Source of the DNA: Candidatus Nomurabacteria bacterium
GTDB taxonomy: Bacteria; Patescibacteriota; Minisyncoccia; Phycocordibacterales; UBA5272
Reading direction: 5' to 3'
Assembly: GCA_029288775.1 (NCBI GenBank)
Contig: JARIGQ010000006.1
Coordinates: forward strand, 64,120-128,119
Length of the DNA stretch: 64,000 nt
The translations under genes and the position numbers were made by a program. The notes under the pieces are model-generated. The model was not told the DNA's origin. It was given only the letters and a program-made list of their open reading frames with translations, and did not search any database. This document shows, piece after piece, positions 39,262 through 49,159 of this stretch (positions within the stretch are counted from its first letter, which is position 1; each line of letters starts with the position of its first letter).

Positions 39262-39777
39262 TTAGCGGGCCTTTTCAATAACGATCATCATCGACTTAGG
39301 GATCTTCTTCAAAGGTTCAGCTACCTTGTACTCTGCGGGTATGACCGCCAAGATACGCTCCATGCGTTCCTTAAGGAAAGCTTCTTCCATGTATTTGGTT
39401 CGTCCTTTGAGTTGGAGTTCAATTTTGACCCGATGACCTTCCTTGATCCATTCTGCCGCCTGCTTTGCCTTAATCATAATGTCATGTTCCCCAATGGAGA
39501 CCGAGATCTGAATGTTTTTGGTTTCCGTAACGTGGGCACGAGCCTTTACCTCTTTCTGTTTCTTCGACATTTCATAGGTGTATTTACCATAATCGGCAAT
39601 ACGTGCTACAGGCGGGTCTGCTTGCGGAGAAACTTCTATGAGATCTAAACCAGCAAGCTTAGCTTGCTCGAGGGCGTCTTCTTTGGTGAGAACGCCGAGA
39701 TTTTCGCCTTGAGCTCCGATGACACGGAGCTTAGGTGCGCGAATGTTATTGTTGATGCTTACTTTGTCTGCCAAAAT
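39262..39777 (-). CDS. infC: Translation initiation factor IF-3 (non-ATG start)
   Basis: IN..IRA..LRVI, DL.EVSP.A.PPVARI.DYGKY; in-frame ATT-TTG at the 5' end with no ATG. Confidence 0.95.
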   Translation of the reverse strand: MLADKVSINNNIRAPKLRVIGAQGENLGVLTKEDALEQAKLAGLDLIEVSPQADPPVARIADYGKYTYEMSKKQKEVKARAHVTETKNIQISVSIGEHDIMIKAKQAAEWIKEGHRVKIELQLKGRTKYMEEAFLKERMERILAVIPAEYKVAEPLKKIPKSMMIVIEKAR

Positions 39778-39888
39778 GGTTTATTGATTAGGAATTAGTA
39801 GGTTAATACTACCAAATTAAGAGGTAGAAGACAACAAGGTGGGTGAGGTGTCAAAAAAACAGCGCCCTGCGGCGCTGTTGCTTCAACC

Positions 39889-40185
39889 TCAATCCTTGGT
39901 GTAGCTCGGAGGGTCGGTATTCTTCTCCGGCCAATGAACGGTGTAGCCGCGTTCTTTCCACCACTTTTCCGCAATAGGAGTGATGTAAGTGTCCCACTGC
40001 CGAACGAGGCCATACACCCTTTGTTTATCCACCTCGCGCATTACTTCGAAGCAGTCTGGGTGGTTACGCATGTTATTGTTTCTTATCCACTCCAATCGAA
40101 GCTGTTCGGCGTACTCTCTCCATTCTCGATCGTGCTGACGGAATTCGGCTTCCTGTGTTTGCTGCGTGGAGGCTTCAGTTTTCAT
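39889..40185 (-). CDS. Small hypothetical protein downstream of tmRNA
   Basis: Strong TAAGGAG SD; terminator hairpin at about 39856-39880. Confidence 0.7.
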   Translation of the reverse strand: MKTEASTQQTQEAEFRQHDREWREYAEQLRLEWIRNNNMRNHPDCFEVMREVDKQRVYGLVRQWDTYITPIAEKWWKERGYTVHWPEKNTDPPSYTKD

Positions 40186-40301
40186 CGCTTAACTCCTTAT
40201 CTTAATCTGGAAGCACTCTAGTTCTTTTGATGGCGATTGTCAAAAGCTGCCTTTCGATTTCTCCACAAATGAAAAAACTCCCGCGGGAGTTTTTTCATTT
40301 G

Positions 40302-40686
40302 TGGAGATGGGCGGAATCGAACCGCCGTGTATATCGGTATGAAGCATGCATCTACTGTGCGTAGTTTGCTTTGTATGCCTGTATGCCATAGAAGCAAACG
40401 AAAGCGACATACAGGGTGCATGGATTAGTTCATTGCGCACCTCATGCGGAGTGCGCAACTACATCTGCTGTCATTATGCCGTACTCCTTCCCGCAGATGC
40501 GAAAGGGGACGACACCAGGTCGGCGTAAATTACGCGAACGCTGGAACAAGTCCATTCACGTAAGGTGATGGAATTGCCGCTGCAGTTTTGTTTGCAACAT
40601 GGATGGCAGAATGTTAACGAGTACTCTGCCTATCTCGGCATAGCACATACGTCATGGTCGATATATCAAAGCCAAAGATCATCCCC
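40302..40686 (-). ncRNA. ssrA: tmRNA; tag ANKTAAAIPSPYVNGLVPAFA (40595-40530)
   Basis: 5' GGGGATG pairs with 3' CATCTCC-A (G3:U); T-arm GGCGGTTCGATTCCGCC; tag ends AFA-stop; adjacent to smpB. Confidence 0.95.
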
Positions 40687-40687
40687 A

Positions 40688-41122
40688 TTATTCTCGTAGA
40701 CGCGTTTCGCGACGAGCAATTTCTTCTTTCACCTTTTCGCGTTTGTCGTGCTTCTGCAATTTTTTGCAAACAGCAACTTCACACTTGATCAGGTTTCTCA
40801 TAGAATACAATGAAATTGGGTGTAATGTCAAGGATTCTCGTGCTTCCTCTATGGCCAACTTTTGTAGCTCTCCTTTAGTAAGAAGAAGTTTGCGAGTGCG
40901 GTGTTCATCGTAAGATTTAGGTGTGTTAGCCGGCTGAAAGGGAGGTATATACGCTCCTACCAAAAACGCTTCGCCTCCACGAATAATCACTTTACTTCCT
41001 TCCAAGGAACCAAGTTTTTGGCGAAGTGATTTTACCTCAAAGCCTTCTAATTCTATGCCGGCAGAATAGGTATCGAGCACGTCGTACGTCATGCGCAATT
41101 TTTTATTTTCTACCAATTTCAT
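40688..41122 (-). CDS. smpB: SsrA-binding protein
   Basis: ENKK, AGIEL.GFEVKSLR, RTRKLLL and K.HDKRE. Confidence 0.96.
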   Translation of the reverse strand: MKLVENKKLRMTYDVLDTYSAGIELEGFEVKSLRQKLGSLEGSKVIIRGGEAFLVGAYIPPFQPANTPKSYDEHRTRKLLLTKGELQKLAIEEARESLTLHPISLYSMRNLIKCEVAVCKKLQKHDKREKVKEEIARRETRLRE

Positions 41123-41155
41123 GGCCTCATTGTAGCATGTGCTAGTATTGATACT

Positions 41156-43066
41156 ATGGCTAAAGACACTAAGAAACAGCAAGGTAAATCAGGCTCTGGA
41201 AATAAATTTTCAGCGGTTAAAAAGGTGGGTGGCTTTTCACAACAGCTCATAGGAACGCTTATTATCTTTCTTTTTTTGGCGTGGGGGTATTCGCTCGTTG
41301 AAGACAAGGCTGCTACAGAAACGATTCCACTTTCGGAATTCGCTTCTCTGGTGACGAGGAACCAGATACGTTCGATACGTGTTCAAGGAGACACGCTTTT
41401 AGCTACTAAGACAGATAATTCTTTGGTATCGAGCAAGAAGGAGACCGGAGCTTCGGTTTTGGATACGCTTCGCAATTATGGTGTGAGTACTTCAACCCTT
41501 GCTTCTACTACTATTACAGTAGAGAGCGTGCGTGGTCTCTCATTCTGGGGATCTATTATTCCAATTGCACTCCCCATCCTTTTCTTCGGTTTTATGATTT
41601 GGTGGTTGGCCCGCGGTATCAAGGGGGCAAATATGCAGGCGCTTTCATTTGGGCAATCCCGCGCCAAGATGATTCATCCAGATGATGGGAAGCAAAAAGT
41701 TACATTCAAAGATGTAGCAGGTGCAAAGGAAGCCAAAGAAGAACTTATGGAAATTGTGGAATTTCTACGCAGTCCCAAGAAGTTTTTGGATATCGGTGCG
41801 GTGATCCCCAAAGGTGTACTTCTTATGGGTGCACCAGGAACGGGAAAAACCATGCTTGCGCGTGCTGTTGCAGGAGAAGCAGGTGTGCCATTCTTTCACT
41901 TGTCAGGCTCAGAGTTTGAAGAAATGTTCGTGGGAGTGGGGGCATCGCGTGTCCGAGATCTCTTTGATATGGCAAAGAAGTCTGCGCCGTCTATTATTTT
42001 TATTGATGAAATTGATGCCGTTGGACGCGCGCGTTCGCCTTCTATGGGGGGTCAGGGTGAAGCCCGTGAGCAAACGCTCAACCAAATTCTTGTAGAGATG
42101 GATGGATTTGAACAGACTGAGAACGTGATCGTCATGGCTGCAACTAACAGACCTGATGTGCTTGATCAAGCTCTTCTTCGTCCAGGGCGATTTGACCGTC
42201 GAGTAACACTTGATTTACCTGATCGTAATGACCGTGAATCAATTCTTCAGGTTCACATCAAGGCAAAGCCGCTTGCTGAAGATGTTAATCTTCGCGTCAT
42301 TGCTGAACGTACTCCAGGATTTTCAGGGGCTGATCTGTATTCACTGATGAATGAAGGAGCAATCTTGGCGGCACGTGAAGGAAGGAAGTCGGTTGCACAG
42401 TATGATCTCATTCGTGCAATAGAAAAGGTCATGCTCGGCCCTGAACGCAAAAGTCATGTGCTTTCACCGGAAGAGAAGAAGCTTACTGCATACCATGAAG
42501 CCGGACATGCCTTGGTTGCGTCGGTATTACCAAATGCGGACCCTGTACATAAGATTTCCATTATTGCTCGTGGACGTGCCGGAGGATACACGCTCAAGCT
42601 CCCGCTTGATGATAGGCGGCTGATGAGCAAAGGTGCATTTTTGGATGATATCGCTATGTCGCTTGGAGGATATGTTGCGGAGAAGGAAGTCTTTGGGGAT
42701 ATTACGACCGGCCCATCAAATGATCTTCAGGTGGCGACAGGTTTTGCTCGTGATATGGTGACTAAATACGGTATGTCTTCGCTCGGGCCGATTGCGCTTG
42801 TGGGAGATGGGCGCGCGTTCTTTGGAGGAGGGTTGTATGGAAAGGAATACAGCGAATCATTTGGTCAAAAGATTGATGAGGAAGTAAAGCGTATCATGGA
42901 CGAAGCGTGGGAGCGTGCGCGAGTGATTATCACGGAAAAACGTGCGGCACTCGATGCAATTGCAGAAGAGCTTATCAAGGTGGAAAATATCGAACGCGAA
43001 GAATTTGAAAAGATTCTTATCATGCATGGCATTAAGCCAAAACGAAAAGAAGAAGTGTTTGTGTAA
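41156..43066 (+). CDS. ftsH: ATP-dependent zinc metalloprotease FtsH
   Basis: Two TMs, [25 protein letters not shown] and HEAGH. Confidence 0.98.
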   Translation: MAKDTKKQQGKSGSGNKFSAVKKVGGFSQQLIGTLIIFLFLAWGYSLVEDKAATETIPLSEFASLVTRNQIRSIRVQGDTLLATKTDNSLVSSKKETGASVLDTLRNYGVSTSTLASTTITVESVRGLSFWGSIIPIALPILFFGFMIWWLARGIKGANMQALSFGQSRAKMIHPDDGKQKVTFKDVAGAKEAKEELMEIVEFLRSPKKFLDIGAVIPKGVLLMGAPGTGKTMLARAVAGEAGVPFFHLSGSEFEEMFVGVGASRVRDLFDMAKKSAPSIIFIDEIDAVGRARSPSMGGQGEAREQTLNQILVEMDGFEQTENVIVMAATNRPDVLDQALLRPGRFDRRVTLDLPDRNDRESILQVHIKAKPLAEDVNLRVIAERTPGFSGADLYSLMNEGAILAAREGRKSVAQYDLIRAIEKVMLGPERKSHVLSPEEKKLTAYHEAGHALVASVLPNADPVHKISIIARGRAGGYTLKLPLDDRRLMSKGAFLDDIAMSLGGYVAEKEVFGDITTGPSNDLQVATGFARDMVTKYGMSSLGPIALVGDGRAFFGGGLYGKEYSESFGQKIDEEVKRIMDEAWERARVIITEKRAALDAIAEELIKVENIEREEFEKILIMHGIKPKRKEEVFV

Positions 43067-43107
43067 AAAGAAAGGCCGCCGTGAGGCGGTCTTTTGCTGC
43101 GGCGGGC

Positions 43108-43335
43108 TTACGTCGCAGCGTTCACGAAGCCGATGGCCTGGACAGTGGTCAACGACCGGGACTGCATGCTCCAGTTGCATGCCTGCGGCAGATTGGCAGC
43201 AGGGTTGTGCCAGTGGCCGGCACAGGAGTTCTGGGTGATCTTCCCTTTCGAGGGACAGCGGTCGTTGTTGATCTTCTTGTGGCAGTCGCTGTGGCCAGGG
43301 ACGCAGTTGCATTCCCGGAGTTTTCTTTCGTCCAT
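43108..43335 (-). CDS. Small Cys/His-rich protein (75 aa)
   Basis: GAGGAG SD, TTTACA-17-TAGGAT promoter, terminator shared with ftsH; six Cys. Confidence 0.6.
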   Translation of the reverse strand: MDERKLRECNCVPGHSDCHKKINNDRCPSKGKITQNSCAGHWHNPAANLPQACNWSMQSRSLTTVQAIGFVNAAT

Positions 43336-43461
43336 CTGGGGACTCCTCTACTGTTAGTTTAAGAACAGAGGTTTATGATACCTCCATTTTCTATCCTACG
43401 ACTTTGAAAGTTTTCTGTAAAGATGTCATACGCACTCTTTTTTGTTATAGTTTGTAGCAAT

Positions 43462-43534
43462 GCATCCATAGCTCAGTTGGTAGAGCCGTCGTCTTATACA
43501 CGACTGGTCCCTGGTTCGAGTCCAGGTGGATGCA
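43462..43534 (+). tRNA. tRNA-Ile, anticodon TAT (UAU)
   Basis: Cloverleaf with acceptor GCATCCA/TGGATGC; anticodon arm GTCGT-CTTATAC-ACGAC; GTTCGAG T-loop; CCA not encoded. Confidence 0.9.
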
Positions 43535-43561
43535 CAAAAGTACGTTTGCTATACTGTGTGC

Positions 43562-43927
43562 ATGTTCAATATCTGGCCCTATCTTCTTCGCCTTGCGGTT
43601 GCATTGGAATTTATTTATCCGCACGGCATTGCTCTCATGCAGGGGGCTAAGAAAGTGAAGCTTGCTGTGTTTGCGTGTGTGAATGAGTATATTCCAACGA
43701 CTATTGCTTTTACTCTGTGGCATTCTTTCTTTGTTATCTTGGGAATACTTATTCTTATTTGGCCGCGTCCTATTTTGCCACTTATTATTGCACTCATTAT
43801 TCTCTCTTCTGAGCTTTATATTAATTTTGCACAGCATAGCTATACGGTCATGAATATGCTCCTCTTTATTTTGCTTCTCGTGACACTCGCGCTCATCATC
43901 TATCACTCTCGTCCGCAGTTCAGGTAA
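43562..43927 (+). CDS. Small four-TM membrane protein (DoxX-like)
   Basis: LLRLAVAL.F...HG; hydrophobic; TATACT box just upstream. Confidence 0.6.
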   Translation: MFNIWPYLLRLAVALEFIYPHGIALMQGAKKVKLAVFACVNEYIPTTIAFTLWHSFFVILGILILIWPRPILPLIIALIILSSELYINFAQHSYTVMNMLLFILLLVTLALIIYHSRPQFR

Positions 43928-43928
43928 C

Positions 43929-46091
43929 ATGCGCCTGAATGATCCCATTTCCTCATTAGGTCGCATCAACGAAACGCATGCTGATGCTTTCAAGCGTTTA
44001 AAGATTGCCACACTCCGTGATCTTCTTTTTCACTTTCCTGTTCGCTATGCGGATTCGCGTGAAGTGACTGCGGCGACGAATCTCGAAAAAGGCAAACCTG
44101 TTACCGTCTATGGCATCATGGAGAAGGTGCAAGTACGTAGAAGTTTTAAGGGTCATATTCCTATGACGGAGGCGCGCATTGCGGATCAAACAGGGGGAGT
44201 GCGTGCGGTGTGGTTCAACCAGGCGTACATCGGCAAAATGTATCCGGATGGAACGCGCGTAAAAGTAAGCGGGATAGTACATGAAGATAAAAAGGGGTTT
44301 TCCCTTTCCAATCCATCGATTGAGCGGGCGCCGGATATCATTCCAGATGCAGACAATTCGCTCTTCCAAGAGCATGTAGCCCCTGAATTTCTTATTCCCG
44401 TGTATCGGGAAACTAAAGGGATCACGAGCAATTATCTTTATACGCTTATCAAGAAGGCTGTAGCAGGGGGCATTCTAGACACTGTTGAGGACCCCATACC
44501 GCCGCACATCTCAAAGAAGCTCAGCTTGCCCGAGCTCAAGGATGCACTTCTTTTTATTCATTTTCCAAAAGAAGAAAAATGGACAATAGCTGCTCGTAAA
44601 CGTTTCGCTTTTGAGGAAATTTTTTATATGCAGCTCAAGCAGCAAAAGGAACGCATGCTTGCCAGAAACTCGCTTGCGTATACAGTGACTGCGTCTGACG
44701 AAGACGTAGGAGATTTTATGGATTCTTTTTCTTTTGTTCCAACACAGGCGCAAAAAGATGCAGTTGCTTCTATTCTTAAAGATCTTAAGGCGAACTTCCC
44801 CATGGGACGATTGTTGGAAGGGGATGTGGGAAGCGGTAAGACGTTTGTTGGAGCTACGGCGGCATATGCAACGCTTCTTACCGAAAGTAGTAAAGGCGGT
44901 CAATCACTTCAAGTGGCCTATATGGCGCCTACGGAAATCCTTGCAAAGCAGCATTTTGAAAGCTTCATTCAGTATTTTGAAGGCACAGGAGCAGAAATCG
45001 GTTTGCTTACAGGAAGCGGGTGTAAAAAATTCCCAAGTAAGTCTGATCCGTCAGGGTATACGGATATTTCACGAACGCAACTTATCAAGTGGCTTGAAGA
45101 GGGTCGTGTTTCTATTGTTGTTGGTACCCATGCGCTTATTCAAAAGTCTGTGACCTTTGCACATCTTGGACTCGTGATTATCGACGAGCAGCATCGGTTC
45201 GGTGTAAAACAACGTAAAGCCCTTGCAGAGAAGAAGGGTCGCACACGACGCGAACTTCCTCATCTTTTGTCTATGACAGCAACGCCTATTCCGCGTACGC
45301 TTGCGCTTACTATGTTTGGGGATTTGGATCTTACTGTGATTGATGAAATGCCAAAGGAACGCAAAAAAATTATCACTGAAGTCGTTGCTACGTATAAACG
45401 CAAAGACGTATATGAACATATGCGAAATGAGTTAGCGGCTGGTCGTCAGGCTTATGTCATTTGTCCTCGCATTGACGAGCAGGACGAAGAAGAGCAACAA
45501 AAGAGAATGCTAAAGAGCGTGAAAGAAGAGGCTAAGCGGTTAGGTGAAGAAATCTTCCCTGAGTTTGTTGTTGATATCCTGCACAGCAAAATGAAGAAAG
45601 AGGAGAAGGAAGAAGTGATGCAGGATTTTTTGGCAAAGAAATCCAATATTTTGGTTGCTACTTCAGTGGTTGAAGTGGGGGTGAATGTTCCGAATGCTAC
45701 CGTGATGATTATTGAGCATGCGGATCGGTTCGGTTTGGCTCAGCTCCATCAGCTTCGCGGTCGGGTAGGAAGAAGTCATCACCAGTCATATTGTTACTTA
45801 TTTACCGAAAGCGATGGTGAAGCTACCATGCGCCGTCTCAAGCATCTTGTTGAAGCAAAGAATGGTTTTGAATTGGCTGAACTTGATATGCAATCACGCG
45901 GCATTGGAACACTTATGGATGGTAAGCAGTGGGGGATGAGCGATTTGGCAATGGAAGCAATCAAAAACCCTAAGCTTGTAGAAATTGCTCGTGCTGAAGC
46001 CAAAGAATTGATTGAACATGATCCCGATTTGGAAAGTTATCCAGATTTGGCAGAACTGGTACTCAAACGCGAGACGGTGCATATGGAGTAG
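43929..46091 (+). CDS. recG: ATP-dependent DNA helicase RecG
   Basis: GDVGSGKT, MAPTEILA.QH, DEQHRFG, MTATPIPRTL and QLHQLRGRVGR. Confidence 0.98.
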   Translation: MRLNDPISSLGRINETHADAFKRLKIATLRDLLFHFPVRYADSREVTAATNLEKGKPVTVYGIMEKVQVRRSFKGHIPMTEARIADQTGGVRAVWFNQAYIGKMYPDGTRVKVSGIVHEDKKGFSLSNPSIERAPDIIPDADNSLFQEHVAPEFLIPVYRETKGITSNYLYTLIKKAVAGGILDTVEDPIPPHISKKLSLPELKDALLFIHFPKEEKWTIAARKRFAFEEIFYMQLKQQKERMLARNSLAYTVTASDEDVGDFMDSFSFVPTQAQKDAVASILKDLKANFPMGRLLEGDVGSGKTFVGATAAYATLLTESSKGGQSLQVAYMAPTEILAKQHFESFIQYFEGTGAEIGLLTGSGCKKFPSKSDPSGYTDISRTQLIKWLEEGRVSIVVGTHALIQKSVTFAHLGLVIIDEQHRFGVKQRKALAEKKGRTRRELPHLLSMTATPIPRTLALTMFGDLDLTVIDEMPKERKKIITEVVATYKRKDVYEHMRNELAAGRQAYVICPRIDEQDEEEQQKRMLKSVKEEAKRLGEEIFPEFVVDILHSKMKKEEKEEVMQDFLAKKSNILVATSVVEVGVNVPNATVMIIEHADRFGLAQLHQLRGRVGRSHHQSYCYLFTESDGEATMRRLKHLVEAKNGFELAELDMQSRGIGTLMDGKQWGMSDLAMEAIKNPKLVEIARAEAKELIEHDPDLESYPDLAELVLKRETVHME

Positions 46092-46119
46092 TTTCAGTAG
46101 GAAGGCAAGAGGAAAGAGT

Positions 46120-46469
46120 TTAGAGGAGTTTCTTTATTAAAGAGTGAATCATTTTTGCTATTTCATCAATTTCTTTTGAAAGAGGTTTCAAATCAGTTTT
46201 GGAAATATATCCAAGTTCGAAGGCTATGATTTTTTGAGTTTCAAGTTCTGCTAAAGAGCCCAACGAGATATGGAGAAATGTTTAAAGTCCTTATTTGTAG
46301 ATCTCTTATTTCCTTCTGCAATGTTAGACGCTATTGAAACTACCGCTCTACACATTTGGCCTACAAGGCTGTACTTTTATGATGCGGGGAATTTTTCTGT
46401 AAGCATATAAATGCTTTTAGCGATTGCTACAGATCTCTGCCAGACAACCAGGTTTTTATATTCAGTCAT
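46120..46469 (-). pseudogene. Four-helix-bundle (23S rRNA IVP-like) pseudogene
   Basis: Manual translation MTEYKNLVVWQRS..FPAS*KYSLVGQMCRAVVSIASNIAEG, then a frameshift before LHISLGSLAELETQ. Confidence 0.85.
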
Positions 46470-46516
46470 TCTCTCTTAACTCTAGACTCTTTCCTCTTAT
46501 CGCATTACTGCACAAT

Positions 46517-48229
46517 TTACCCTTCGTTGTTTTTTGAGGTAATAATACGAATGGTAGAAGTTGAAGTTGCTCCAGAACAGGAAAGTGTAAAGTCTGTAGT
46601 GAAGCTCATCTGGAGTGTTTTCTTTCCAAGCGCTTTGTTGGCTGAAGTAGGGGAGACACTATGGAGAGCGGATGCCATTGCTCGTGAGGCACCATACGGG
46701 TCATTGCTATCGGTGGTGCTTGAAGCGAAGGTGGTATTAATTGATGCCGCGTCCGTGATTTGTGCTTGACTACATGATCCTCCAGTACATACAGGGACTG
46801 CTTTCACTGTACAGGACATAGATGGATTTAGGATAGACCACGTAAAGGTAACTTTGCCACCTTTTTCTACAGTACGCGGAGTAGCGTTAAGTGAGAGACC
46901 TGAGGGTTGGGCATTAGGGCTATAATAAACCACTTTCGTGTCAGTTCCGTTCGTGTTTTCACAAGAATAGCTGTAGTTTCCTTCAGTAGAAGGCAACAGA
47001 TAGTGAACTGCGCCTGTGTAGTTTTGCTTATTTACAAGCGTTACTCCATCACGCGAGATTGAATAGGTTTGAGTGGAGGCATTACATGTAAAGTCGAGAT
47101 AGCATGGAGAAGAATAGTTGCAGCTTAATCCACCGCCGGTAATAGAAGGAAGATTAGGTGCACAAGCATTACCATTCCAGGAAGAATTAGAAGCACAAGA
47201 TACAGTGATGGTTTTTGAATCCAAGACGACATTATTGTGCTTGAGGTTGAAGGTATAGCTACCTGTTCCTTGCAGGTTAATTGTTGTAGCACCGCTATTA
47301 CCTGTTCCGCCTGCTATTGTTCCAAAAGGACTATACCCTCGCTCTACTGTTACTGTGTTTGTTGCGTTCTGCGTTGTCCAGCTGATTGGAACCCCAGAGC
47401 ACGTTGCGCTGCTTGCAGGAATGGTACATGTTGAGGTAATGCTAAGCGATCCAGTCACCGTAGGACTAGATACGGTAATTGCTGTCCACGTTCCGCAATT
47501 ATTAGTTTCATTTGATTCGACAATTACTCCAGCATTAGAAGCTGAGCTTTTATCGGCACAGGCTCTAATATAATAGGTACCCGCTGAAAAGACTTTTTGA
47601 AGAGTTGCAGTATTGTTTGTAGACATTGCAAGCGGAGCATTGAATACAGATGTACCAATATCTGTTACTCCAACCCCGTTACCATTTACGTCTACACTTG
47701 TGGCTTGTTGGAAGAGATTAGTGAATCCGCTTCCCGTGCTTCCTCCTCCAATATTATAGATAGTTGCCGACAGGGTGGTTGTGCTATTGGCAAGACTTGT
47801 GGTAGGAGTAATTCCGCTAGATACAAGATCCGGGGTTGCGCTGACGCACTGAGTTCCATTCCAAACCAAAGGTGTAAGGCAGTCGTTTACTTGGAGAGTT
47901 GTCTGGCCAAAAGCGTCTTGAGCACCGTTTATGTTGTAGTGTCTGCAATAAAAAGTATAACTACCTACCTGTTTAGGTACAATTGAAACACTTCCTGAAG
48001 ATGATGACCCTCCAGCGGTGATCCAGGTAGTGTAAACGGTATCCCCTGAACTAGGGTAATCGGTACTAGGGCTACATGAAAGACCATTAGTTACTCTCCA
48101 ATTTAAAATAGCGGTATCACCCCGGTAAACAGTTTTGTCTGCTGGAAGGGGACCACCTCCTGCAAAAAGCGAAATGGGAAATAACCCTACAACGGTTAAA
48201 AGGAGATATAACCCTATTTTTGTTTTCAT
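46517..48229 (-). CDS. Secreted Ser/Thr-rich surface protein with CARDB-like domain
   Basis: Signal peptide; PDL..., YYIRACAD....ESNETNNC; paired Cys; WNG..C repeats. Confidence 0.8.
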   Translation of the reverse strand: MKTKIGLYLLLTVVGLFPISLFAGGGPLPADKTVYRGDTAILNWRVTNGLSCSPSTDYPSSGDTVYTTWITAGGSSSSGSVSIVPKQVGSYTFYCRHYNINGAQDAFGQTTLQVNDCLTPLVWNGTQCVSATPDLVSSGITPTTSLANSTTTLSATIYNIGGGSTGSGFTNLFQQATSVDVNGNGVGVTDIGTSVFNAPLAMSTNNTATLQKVFSAGTYYIRACADKSSASNAGVIVESNETNNCGTWTAITVSSPTVTGSLSITSTCTIPASSATCSGVPISWTTQNATNTVTVERGYSPFGTIAGGTGNSGATTINLQGTGSYTFNLKHNNVVLDSKTITVSCASNSSWNGNACAPNLPSITGGGLSCNYSSPCYLDFTCNASTQTYSISRDGVTLVNKQNYTGAVHYLLPSTEGNYSYSCENTNGTDTKVVYYSPNAQPSGLSLNATPRTVEKGGKVTFTWSILNPSMSCTVKAVPVCTGGSCSQAQITDAASINTTFASSTTDSNDPYGASRAMASALHSVSPTSANKALGKKTLQMSFTTDFTLSCSGATSTSTIRIITSKNNEG

Positions 48230-48314
48230 CTACTTAGTATAGCTGTGCTCTTTAATAAAAAAAGAGCTCAATTAACAGTTGTCTGTCAATTGAGCTCTTT
48301 GTGATTGCTGCTGG

Positions 48315-48980
48315 TCAATTGCTAAAGGCCCTGATCAGTCGGATGTCTTCATCAGCAGCGCGCGTACCGGCGCGCACCGTGATTGCATTTCCGGTCGTCG
48401 GTTGATAGATGGCCGCAGTCCTGGTTTCGTTCGAAGAACCCAGGCCGGCGTACACCCAGCTGCCGTCCGAGAGTTGAACCCCGGTCGTTCCGGCAATTAC
48501 GACGCCATTCACTGTGATCGTCACTGATTCACCGAAGTTGAAATCGGTTTCGGGTCGTGTTGTTCCCTTGAAATCGAGAAACTTGTTGGTGCTTGGGTCG
48601 AGCCGGACGTCCACCATCTGGTTTGTAGTGATCGAAGTGCATTTTATCTGGCGCGTACCGTCATCCAGTACGGTGTTGTCCTTGAGGGTTCCGCAGTTGA
48701 TGAACGGTCGGGTACCAGCGAAGCTGGTACCGTTCACGACAGGGGTGTAATCCCCCGGCGTTTTCCCCAGCCTGTACAAATACCCCCCAGTCCAAATCCC
48801 GTAGACGACCTCCTTGTATTTCGCCACGGGCACCTGGGCGGTGGAGTTGGATGTCGTGTCCGTCGTGGCAGATGCCGTTGACGGTGTCGATGCTGAGGGC
48901 GCGGAACCTCCGCCACCTCCGCCGCATGCAGCGAGGGCTAGAGCGGCTGTCGCCGCCAAAATCACGAGGATGTTCCTCAC
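48315..48980 (-). CDS. Lipoprotein (LAAC-GGGGGG)
   Basis: GTG start after AAGGAGATACTC; MRNILVILAATAALALAAC lipobox; GC-rich; TTGACA promoter upstream, terminator downstream. Confidence 0.8.
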   Translation of the reverse strand: MRNILVILAATAALALAACGGGGGGSAPSASTPSTASATTDTTSNSTAQVPVAKYKEVVYGIWTGGYLYRLGKTPGDYTPVVNGTSFAGTRPFINCGTLKDNTVLDDGTRQIKCTSITTNQMVDVRLDPSTNKFLDFKGTTRPETDFNFGESVTITVNGVVIAGTTGVQLSDGSWVYAGLGSSNETRTAAIYQPTTGNAITVRAGTRAADEDIRLIRAFSN

Positions 48981-49159
48981 GAGTATCTCCTTCTGCCCGA
49001 GAGGGCGGTTGGTGTGAAAATGCGAATGAGGGTGTCCAGTTTTCTTTTGGTCTTGCAACCAAAAACCAAAAGGACTACCTTTTATTATTTTGCGCCATTT
49101 TTTTGACTTTGTCAATTTTTCTAATAATTATGTAAAGACACTGAAAATGGTATGTCAGT

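Noticed and set aside
40218-40528. Small ORFs over the tmRNA
   Set aside because: Explained by ssrA
46107-48229. Diversity-generating retroelement (Avd-like gene beside a surface protein)
   Set aside because: No reverse transcriptase and no template/variable repeat pair noticed in the window
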